DNA of 20,000 nucleotides, from positions 366,772-386,771 of the forward strand of contig NW_013547019.1 of assembly GCF_000711695.1 (NCBI RefSeq), written 5' to 3'. Both the position numbers and the translations under genes were made by a program. The DNA is from Tilletiaria anomala UBC 951. Taxonomy: Eukaryota. Below, piece by piece: positions 10,866 through 20,000 of the stretch; position 1 is the stretch's first letter, and every line of letters begins with the position of its first letter. The notes under the pieces are model-generated. The model was not told the DNA's origin and made no database searches. It worked only from the letters and a program-made list of their open reading frames with translations.

Positions 10866-13185
10866 ATGCCTTCAGTCGCAACTCAACAAGGGCACAAGAC
10901 ACGCAAAGGCAAGATGCTGGACGATAATGATCGTGCCAGCACCTCCGCAAGCGGCATGCTCACAGGTGGCAGCAGCGGTAAAGGCCGGAGTGATACCACT
11001 AGTGGCAACACATACGGTGCTCATGGTGATGCGGGCCAGTCGATGAGCGGATCTACGACCAGATCCAGCGCTTTCGATTTGCCGCCCATGCCGGTGCCTT
11101 ATGAAGGTGAGAGTCGCAGCAAGCTGTTGCAAGCTGGCCAGCGTACTACGAGGGAAACCGCATATTGGCTGGCGTTCGACTCATCCATTCTCCAATCCTC
11201 GTTCTCTCTCTCGACACGAAGACTTTCAATTCTCGCTTGACCTGCCGGAGGAAGTAAGCTTCTCGGACATCGAGCTGGTCCGCTCGCCGAACTTCAACGA
11301 CCTGTTTGGCATGAGTACCAATCTCGCTGCTTTAAGTGACAACAGTAGCAGTATGGGAATGGAGAGCAGCGGCAGCAGCAGCGGAAGAGGTGGCAGCGCA
11401 CAGGATCCAATGAGCGGCTACTCCTCGGCTGCCCCATCAGCGCCTCCTTCCGCGCCGGTGAGCCAGGCGCCTTCCTACGTACGCGTGCCAGCCTCTAGAC
11501 ATGGGGGCACAAGCGCAAACAGCGACAGGAAAGGCAAGGCGCCGCAGCAGCACACAGAGGGCGAGCGGGAATATGGCAATCTAGCAGCTTTCCACCTCCG
11601 ACCACCACCGCCGCCCGACTTTACCCCTCCGCCGGGTCCGTCACTGTTCTCGTTCGACATCGGACAGGACATGATGCAAGATGTCAGCATAGAGCAGGGT
11701 GGGAGGGGTGCAGGCTCAGGTTCGGGCTCAGGCTCTGGGTCGCAGCCCGGACCCGGCTTAGGGACTGGCACTGGAACTGGCGAGGCGAATGATGCGAACA
11801 ATCTGTTCAACGCGCGGGAGAGCAACTTCCTCACGAGCTTCCTCGAAGGCTTTGACTGGGACTTCCAACCACTGCTTCCGGAAGGCATGCCGTCCTTTGC
11901 AGATGCCGAACGCGGCTCCTTCGCACTGGGCCTCGAGGGCTGTGGTTCTCCCACGAAAGCTGGCAGCACGCCTGGCGGTGGCGGCACGGCCACGCGCACA
12001 CGGCTCGCCGCCGGGCGCAACAGCAGTGGGAGGAAAGGCGCACGCGGTCCCAGCGCGGTGCAGAGCCCCACTGAGGCGAGTGACGCGACGAGCCCCCGGG
12101 GCAGCGGAACGAGCGAAGCGACCGCTGTCGGGGAGCGGAGGTCCCCACGCGATGACGCCGCGAGCCCAGCGGGCGCACCAGCAGCGGTAGATCGGGAACA
12201 GGATGGAGAGAGGGAAAGGAAAGACTTGACCCAGAATCAACGCAAGCGGCGGACGACAGAGGCTTCTCGCGCGGCTGTCCGTGAATGCAGCACCAACGGT
12301 GATGCCCGCAGCATGTTGAGCAGCATCATCCTGGAGGATCCAGCTGCCGCCTCCACCGCGGCGAGCGGCCTCATGCATCCGCTCATGGCGCAGTCACAAG
12401 CGGGGACGTACCCGCCACAGCACCCGCACGCGGCCATCATGCAGGCGGCAGAGAGCGGCAACTTCAGCAGCGCATTCCCTTGGTTGCCTCCGGGGTCACT
12501 CACTATGCCTCCTGCTAGCTTTGATCTGCAGCAGGCGACGCCGCAGGCGCGGACGAGGACGTTCGATCAGATGATGTCGGAAGATGGGCAGCAGCAGCAG
12601 CAGCAACAGCAACAGCAGCTACTCGAGCGACAGCAGGCTCAGAATCCGCACCCAAACCATCAAATGCTTCAGCACCACCCGCAGCAAAAAATCTCTTCGC
12701 CTGCACCAGACGGCAGTGCTGCCGAGCCGGAAAAGAGGCAGCACCACATCTTCTCCGAGCAGCGCCGGCGGACGAACATCCGCGAGGGCTTCAAGGAGCT
12801 CGTCGAACTGCTCGAACTCGGACGCGTCTACGGCGCGCGTGGGCTCGGCCTCGCTTCCGGCGCAGGTACTGGCATCGAAGATGAGGGGCTCGACGACCGC
12901 TCCGACGATGAGGAGGACGAGGAAGGCAGTGGCCTGCCGAAGCGCAAGAAGGGCAAGGCGCGCAACCGCAGGAGCGGAGGGCCTGCTACGCGCGGCAAAG
13001 GCAAAGGGCGCGGCAGAGGAGGCTCAGCAGGCGGAGGCGCTGGAAGCAAGAGCGCCGTGCTGTTCCAAGCGGTCGATCTCTTGCGCTGGCTTCATGGCCG
13101 AAATCAGGTGATCGAAGAACAGTGTGACAAGATCGAAGCGCTGCTACCTGGCCCGAAAAAGTCGGATGCCGCGATGCAAATGTAG
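10866..13185 (+). CDS. bHLH transcription factor, Ino2/Ino4-type (probably Ino2/Yas2-like), ~734 aa; exons 10866-11106 and 11222-13185
   Basis: Basic region/helix 1 EKRQHHIFSEQRRRTNIREGFKELVELL starts at 12730 and helix 2 SKSAVLFQAVDLLRWLHGRN at 13045. Intron 11107-11221 (GTGAGA..GACTCAT..pyrimidine tract..AAG) joins PVPYE-DFQFS in frame. A possible 5'UTR intron lies at 10630-10680. The first exon is less certain than the second. Confidence 0.85.
12589..12618 (+). repeat. CAG/CAA microsatellite encoding Q10 in the bHLH protein
   Basis: (CAG)5 CAA CAG CAA CAG CAG, read directly. Confidence 0.9.
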
Positions 13186-13259
13186 CATTTCTCTCCATTT
13201 CATCAATTCGCTTACGAGCCATCTCGGCTTTACATGCAACGCCTCCCAGTACAGCATGT

Positions 13260-15389
13260 CTATATGCTTCGCAAGCAGGCGGCGGCATCTACCACTTTTG
13301 CCAGGGCGAGAAGCGTTTCCTCCTGCAGCCGTCGGCCGATCAATTGGATAGCGACGGGTGATCCGTCCACGAGTTTCGCATCGTCTTTGATGCGACCGAG
13401 GGCACCCGATCGTGCGGTCAGCAAGGCTAAGGCAGGCGCAGGCGCAGCGCCCACGCACGCGTTCCGCACAAGAGGACTCACAGCTGCTCCATGCCTTCTG
13501 GTCGACCTCGCTGAGGAAAGCTTCGTTCTGGCCATCGTCGACGTAGGCATCTGCGACAGTGATCGGAATCGTGACGCCAGGCTGGTCAGTAAGGTTCCAT
13601 GCGCCTGTGTATGCAACGTGCGTGAACGTGTCGTGCGGAACGCCTGCATAAGGAGTGGCGGGAGATATGAGCGCGTCCATTAGGCGCCCCGACGAGCCTT
13701 TGATGCGCGACCAGTGCGCGAGGATGCTGGCGGACCATGTTGAACGTTCCTGTTGCAACCATAAGCACGAAGCGCACAGGATCAGCGTAGCCCCTTCATG
13801 TTATGCTGACCAGCCAGTGACAAGTGACGCACCGCTTGCAAGTCCCATATCTCTTTCAGAGTGAGAGGCTTGACGACCGGATTGAGACCTTTGACCCAGT
13901 GGTCACCTTCCCCGCCCTGCAGGAGCAAGTTGCGGATACCATGCCTGCCTTCCGCCGCAAAGAAGGCTTCCAAGATGCGCGCGGCGTCAGCGAACTCGTT
14001 GGATTCGACGTGCCACACAACGACCTCGTGCCCGGCCTGCTCCAAAGCTTTGGCGGTCATTTCCAGCGCACGCGCCACGGGCGGTGTTGGCCTGACGACG
14101 CCGTTATGCCTCAGCAGGCCAAAGACGAGGCCCTTCTGCGGCAGCTTCCGCTCAATGTCTCCAACGGGCTTCCAGGGGATCGGTACACATTTCGGGTCCA
14201 CAAGCCATGGCTGCGAGCCGACGACGGCGGACGCGAACAGCTCGATGGCGTCGAGCGATGTCGTCATCGGTCCGTTGATCGAATTCACCGCTTCTTGCCC
14301 AGCCATGCCGCTTCGCGCGTTGTGCGTGGGGAAGCGGCCAAAGGATGGCTTGAGGCTGTACAGCCCACAGAGTGCCGCTGGGATGCGGATCGAACCGCCA
14401 ATGTCCGTGCCAACACCTAGAGGGCTGCCGCGCAGAGCGATGAGCGCGCCTTCGCCGCCGGACGAGCCGCCGCAGGAAGTAGCAAGGTTGTACGGGTTCA
14501 GCGTTCGCCCCCAGAGGTTGTTGAGCGTCTCGGCAATCATCATGGCAGTCGGGACATTTCTGGCCAGCATGAAGCAACGAGAGAATGGTCAGCAGATCGC
14601 CGCTTTCGCCAGACAATTACAATGCACGCACGTCTTGCAGTAGAGGATAGCGCCGGCATCTCGCAAGATGGTGATCAGCGTCGAGTCGTACGTATCCGGC
14701 TCGTTTGCCCTGGCGAGCTCAATATTGCGTGGTCAGTTCTCTTAAAAGTATCATGCATTTCTTTAATGTCAAGCGCACCAGCATGCAAAGCCGAGGGTTG
14801 CATCGTGTCCTTTGATGCGAAAGTTGTCCTTGATACTGATTGGGACACCTGCAAGTGAACCGATCGGCTTGCCGTGCTGTACTAGATAGTCATCGACCTG
14901 CTGTGCTCGAGCGAGTGCCTCGTCGAAAAGAATCTCTGTCAGGCAGTTCGTCTGTGAGGACGACGAAGAGGCAGAAAGAAAGACAGATCAGATGAGACGG
15001 CACACGTCAACCACTACACGTTGGCTGGGACTAACCAGCTGGTGTGCAACCGCTGCCGATTTGCAGAATGCCTGCGCCACTTCGAAGGCACTGAGGTCGC
15101 GCGCGACATGCAGCCGGTGTACGAGCTGAACTGGGTTGAGGCCAACGATGTCGACCTCTTTCTCTGTCAGTATCCCACATGTCCGTGGCACGTCGCGCAC
15201 GTTGACTTTGCGCACATCGACCGGACAGGGCAGCGGCGAGGCCGTCCCGATCTTTGCAGACGGTGGGATGTGCAGGCTGTCCAGCAGCGAGGGAGGCAGG
15301 CGCCACTCGGCTGGGATCTTTGCGTCACGGTCGCGTTGCTTTTGTTGGGCGACAGGCTGGAAGGGAGGCGCAGCGTCGCTCGTCGTCAT
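13260..15389 (-). CDS. Amidase-signature family hydrolase (acetamidase/FAAH-like), ~574 aa; exons 15389-15036, 14951-14779, 14709-14632, 14559-13833, 13749-13482, 13384-13260
   Basis: The spliced product contains AHQLTNCLTE, GVPISIKDN (catalytic Lys), ILYCKTNVP, GRTLNPYN..CGGSSGGEGALI, GVGTDIGGSIRIPA (nucleophile Ser) and PVAIQLIGRRLQEE. Five GT-AG introns of 69-97 nt give a 1725-nt CDS. Confidence 0.94.
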
Positions 15390-16212
15390 AGTGGGAGCGA
15401 GGCTCTGCCTCTAGGTCGTGTGACGGAAGGGATCGGAGCGTGACGGTGGGCGCAGGACCAACGAAGTCTCCGCGAAGACTGGCTCTCGTAATTATTTACC
15501 TGTGCGGATATTGAAACAGCACCTTGCTCGATACCCAAACACCATCCCGACAGAGACAGATAGCAACTAACATGAACTGACACACCCGACGCGGAGCGAA
15601 CAACGGGTGGGCCATCGAACGGTGTCTCGGCGTTCGGCCCCGAATCCATCCACCCAAGATAGAGAGATATGACCTTTCTACATTTAAGCAATGATCATAC
15701 CCTTTCTCAGCATGCTTCTGTTCAATAGATAGCAGATAACATACATGCCCGCTGGACTTGCTTGGAACAAAAGCTAGACTCCCCCCCGTTGGCACCAGAC
15801 TGCACAATTTGAAGGAACCCCCCAGCGCTCCAAACCGGCGAGGCCTCTACATAACAAGGCCAAGGTGCGAGAGCGGCGAGCGACGGAGTGTGTGTGTGTC
15901 ATGAGCTAGAGCGAGCGAGCTGCCTCGGGCACTATCAGTGGCGCAAAGGTCCCTGCTTTTCATCGTTCCACTCCATCTTCCTAGTCGTCTCAAGTCATCT
16001 CGCTCTTTCCTCCGTGCCTGATTAGATACCTATTACATTGCTGATCGGTAGGACTCTCATCAAGGACTATCCAACCGCAACGGCACGAGCTCATCAAATA
16101 TCGTATTAATATTCGCCATCGCGATCCCAGACCCCATCCATCGCCCACCAGTGATCTCAGTGTCGGTGCCACGAGCATCAACGCTTCCCCGACCCTTTAC
16201 TCTTGTCGCACG
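15390..16212. promoter_or_regulatory. Divergent promoter region shared by the amidase and the MFS transporter, with HGATAR sites
   Basis: Head-to-head ATGs 823 bp apart. HGATAR at 15558, 15657, 15727, 15734 and 15932 (reverse). One GCCAAG at 15859. Short (GT)6 run at ~15888-15899. Confidence 0.5.
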
Positions 16213-17868
16213 ATGTCACTCTTTCGCTCCGCCCGCAACTTTATGTGGGGGGTGCCACCGTCGGATTCCGCCGAGCGCAAGCTGCTTCTCAAGATCGACT
16301 TCTTCGTTCTGACCTTCACCTGTGCAATGTACTGGTCTAACTATCTATCACGCGCGAACCTGGCGGTACGTGTGTCGGACATAACCGTCCCCGATGACGC
16401 TCTCACGCTGACTTCGCGTGCCATGGTCCGTCGTCTTGTTCTGCACCGTACGCGGCTGCTTCATGACCGCAGAATGCATACGTATCAGGCATGCGCGAAG
16501 ACGTCGGCTTCCACGGAACCCAGTTCAACCAGGTCAACACGGTCTTCACCATTGGTTACATTGTCGGACAACTTCCGAACAACCTGATGCTACAAGTCGT
16601 GCCTCCACGTCTGTGGCTGCCGTCGATGGCGCTGATCTGGGCGGGCCTGTCCGGCTGTCTGGCAGCTGTGCAGACGCCCAGACAAGTCATGGCGATTCGC
16701 TTCCTGCAAGCGCTGGCGGAAAGCTCGACGTTCAGTGGCAGCCACTACATACTTGGGTCGTGGTACAAGGAGTCCGAGCTCGGCAAGCGCTCCGGCATCT
16801 TTGCCTCTTCGGCGCAGCTCGGCAGTATATTCTCCGGTGTCATGCAAGCCGCCATCTTGACCGGTCCGCTCAACGGCCACCTGAACCTCGCAGGCTGGCG
16901 TTGGCTCTTCCTGCTAGACCTATTCATCGGCGTTCCCATCGCCCTGTACGGCTACCTCACCTTCCCCGACACGCCGCGCACGACAACGAGCTTTTTCTTG
17001 ACCGAGGAGGAGCGAAAACTCGCCGTCAGTCGCCTGCCAGAACGGCCTATGACCAAGCTGAGCTGGGACCTCCTGTCCCGCACGCTCAAACGGTGGCACT
17101 GGTATGCCTTCTCGATGCTCTTTGCATGGAGCAGCATGCTTGAAAGCGTCAATATCAACTCACTCATGCAGTTATGGCTCACCAACAAAGGGTTTGCAGG
17201 GTGGCAAAGAAACGTGAGTATGCCTACTATGCTCTGCTCTTTTGATAAAGATCACTGACGCGACATGCTATGCATCCTTTTGGCGTCGCAAAACGGCCGC
17301 ATAATAGCTGTACCCACTCGGCCTGGTTTCTGTCGCGATCATCTCCACGATCCTCTGCGCCAACTTGTCGGACCACTACCGCAGCCGATGGCCGGTGAAC
17401 ATCTTGATGTGTCTCGCGCTGTTCATCACCTCGACCATCATGCTGATCCCGGACACGCCAGCGTCCGCGCGATTCGCAGCGTTCTACCTCTCCGGCATCG
17501 GCTACAGCGGGCAAGCATCGAACTTTGCCTGGGCCAACGACTGCACCGCCCTAGACGAACAGGAACGCGCCGTTGTGCTCAGCTCGATGAACATGTGGTC
17601 GAATGTCGTCAACGCCTGGTGGAGCATCACGCTCTACCCCGCCACGGACGCGCCGCGCTGGCAGAAAGGGTTCATTGCGATGGTCGTTCTGTGCTTTTTT
17701 GTTGTCGCTATCACCTTCGTCGTCAGGCACCTAGACCACAAGGAACGGCGCGAAAGAGCAGCGCTCGACGAGTCGGAAAGGAGCGCGCATCACCCCCGCG
17801 AGGACGTGTCCGTATCAGTCGTTGAAAAGACCGTTTTGTCCAGCGCGGAGGAAATCGGCAAGGCGTGA
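16213..17868 (+). CDS. MFS transporter, anion:cation symporter/allantoate-permease family, pantothenate transporter Fen2/Liz1-like, ~484 aa; exons 16213-16365, 16473-17213, 17308-17868
   Basis: The spliced product has ERKLLLKIDFFVL..RANLANAYVSGMRED..GQLPNNLML..HYILGSWYKESELGKRSGIF..LAGWRWLFLLD..FPDTP..FFLTEEE..FAWAND..ERAVVLSSMNM..YPATDAPRW, typical of Fen2/Liz1/Seo1-like permeases. Introns at 16366-16472 and 17214-17307. The substrate cannot be determined from sequence. Confidence 0.92.
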
Positions 17869-18143
17869 GCGAGCGCAAACTGCACCACACACCTCTTGCT
17901 CTCTTTTGTTGTATTATTTTATCAGCCTGCAACTTGCTGCACAACTTTGTGGGAAATTGTCAAGTCCGAATGGGACGTGGGCGGAGGATGTGAAACTCGC
18001 ATGAGCAAGTGTGCGGTGACACTAGAAATTAACTCGGCAACTTGATAAGATACATGATAGATGAGATAGGTCGTTCCAAAAGCATGCAGTAGCACTTGTC
18101 GCGACGGCAGTCCGCTCTCCTCTTTCCTCTTTTCCCTTGTTCC

Positions 18144-19592
18144 TTACCATGGAGCCTCGGCCAAAACGTCGTGCTTAACGTTCTCCGTGGTGCACTCCTC
18201 TCGTTTGAGCGTGGTGCCAAAGAGCGAATCCCAGATACGCGTCTGCTTTCCGTAGTTTCCTCCACGGTCTTTCCAGCCTGTGTACGCAAAAGGGCATCAT
18301 GCTCATGTCAGAGCATGCTCCTGGCAGAAGGCGTCGATGCACGATGGGCAGGGCTCGAAATACTTACTAGAACGGTGGTGGAGGTCTGCAAAGACAGGCG
18401 GACACATGCGCACATCGAACATGTCAGTTTGATCGAGCCACGGACTGAACCACAGCGCCGCAATAGGCTCACCGTGATCCTCAATGATAAGCTCCAACCC
18501 CAGCTTCTGCAAGAGGCCGAGCGGTGCAGCATTGGGCGGTGTGAAATAGAGGCGCACGCCGGAGTGGCCGGTGAGCTCGATCTTCATGATGTTCATCTGG
18601 ATCGCGAACCAGTCGTAAAAGTTGACGTGGAAGAAAGGGATAAAGGACAGGGTGTAGTAGGTGAAGAAGGGGATGACAACCAGGTCGAATACTTCCTGTG
18701 TTTCGCTATAGAAGCCAAGGAATGCAAACTCCTTCGCGTCAATTACCCATCTCAGAGTGCAGCTTGTGGTATCTTTTACTCACTCGGCAAAAAGAGTGAG
18801 CAGCGTGTTGGGGTGACGCGTGCGGTGATGCGCCTTGTGGAACTTCCAGAGCCAGGGCACCTCGTGCATGAGACGGTGGTACCAGTAGAACCAAAAGTCG
18901 AGGGTGATTGAGTATGCGCTAACCTGGAGCGGCAGCTGCACGCCGACCCAGAACAGCATCGCCTTCCAGTCGCCAAAATTGGGCGGCGCGAGTGTGCGGT
19001 CGTAGATCAGGAATGCGGCGACGATTGGGCGAAAGGTGGAAGTGCTGATCAGCGAGAGGATCACATCTGTGACCTTGTCGTCTGTGACCTCGTCGCGTGG
19101 CTTGTCGCCGTCAAAGTAGCCGTAGCGCCCGCCGAGGGCGCGCCACCACTTGATGGAGTGGATGCCGATGAGCTTGAAGGCGATACTGTAGAACAAAAAT
19201 GCGAGAATCGGATGCAGGCCCGAGCTGCACTGCTGCCAGTCTTCGGCTCCAACCCCGCCGCATGTGACGAAACGGACCCAGGCCCAGTGCAACAAGAAAG
19301 GCACGGCCGCCCGTGGGACGAGCCATCGGTTAAATGTGAACCCCGAGAGCACAGGTACCGGTGCATCCTTGGCATGTTGCGGTGGTTCAGCAGCCAGCGG
19401 CCAGATATCAACACCTGTGATTAGCTTTTGTGCCCAGTTCCACTTGGTTCGGTCGGCTTGGCGCCATGTCGACTTGAATAGGCTGCTACCAAGCGCCTTC
19501 GGCTTGCAGTTGATTGGTGTCGGCGGTGCTTCTGCTTCTGTTCTTGCTCCTTGAGCAGACGCCGCTTCGGCTGGGGAACCCGCAGCGGTCAT
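18144..19592 (-). CDS. Fatty acid hydroxylase/sterol desaturase superfamily membrane di-iron enzyme, ~397 aa; exons 19592-18784, 18705-18473, 18385-18368, 18277-18144
   Basis: His boxes FYWYHRLMH, KFHKAHH, GHSG and EDHDLHHR, plus NYGKQTRIWDSLFGT after splicing. Three GT-AG introns (78, 87 and 90 nt) give a 1194-nt CDS ending in TAA at 18146-18144. Confidence 0.9.
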
Positions 19593-19831
19593 GATCTGGC
19601 AAAGTAGCTGGTGAAATGTTCGAGACGCTAAGCGGTGGTCGTGAGGCCAAGATAGAACCCTCAGGATATGAAATTGTGCCGCAGCGCAGGAGATGGATCA
19701 AGTTCACGAGCAAAACTAGAATGACGGGGGGGGGGAGGTACGCGCTGGTAGTCACAGCAAAGTCACCACCGTTCCACGCACACAAGTCCCTCGCAGGATC
19801 ACGTCAAAGTGCAGAGATCAAGGCTAAACTG

Positions 19832-19841
19832 TATATATATA
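19832..19841 (-). promoter_or_regulatory. Candidate TATA element for the hydroxylase gene
   Basis: TATATATATA run ~240 bp upstream of ATG 19592. Confidence 0.35.
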
Positions 19842-20000
19842 CCCTTGAGAGATGCGCATACCCATTTCACGCAGGTCACTCCAATCAGCGGACCCTCGCT
19901 GGACGAGATGAGACAACAACGCGTGGGTAACCGAACTGTGGCCAGGCAGCTAAACTGAATGCTCATCCATCTCGGCTCGTTTTCACAGCAGCACGCCCCC

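Noticed and set aside
14770..14778. In-frame TGA after GFACWCA in the amidase (possible pseudogene)
   Set aside because: It lies within intron 2 (14778-14710). The spliced frame is intact.
18096..18911. 271-aa plus-strand ORF antisense to the hydroxylase
   Set aside because: No recognisable family. The minus strand carries the His-box protein with canonical introns.
15859..19946. Single PacC-type sites in the amidase/MFS promoter (15859) and hydroxylase promoter (19646, 19941)
   Set aside because: One or two hexamers per promoter is within chance expectation and not enough to claim a local PacC regulon.

Overview
Eukaryotic, GC-rich, intron-containing fungal DNA; gene style and short GT-AG introns suggest a basidiomycete, probably Ustilaginomycotina (inference). 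Seven protein-coding genes were reconstructed by hand, with splice junctions that keep the frame: (1) 3' part of a TruA-family tRNA pseudouridine synthase (Pus3/Deg1-like, +); (2) pH-response C2H2 transcription factor PacC/Rim101 (-, 2 exons, ~1191 aa); (3) exosome cofactor C1D/Lrp1/Rrp47 (+, 5 exons); (4) Ino2-like bHLH transcription factor (+, 2 coding exons); (5) amidase-signature hydrolase (-, 6 exons); (6) Fen2/Liz1-like MFS transporter (+, 3 exons), divergent from the amidase; (7) fatty-acid hydroxylase/sterol desaturase-family di-iron enzyme (-, 4 exons, one an 18-nt micro-exon). The strongest non-coding signal is 12 PacC sites (GCCAAG), mostly in one orientation, in the 3-kb region upstream of pacC, plus a ~610-nt ATG-free leader. 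The amidase/transporter/hydroxylase block is a candidate amide-scavenging or lipid-modifying module. No mobile elements, CRISPR, tRNA or rRNA were seen. Family assignments rest on remembered motifs, not database searches.
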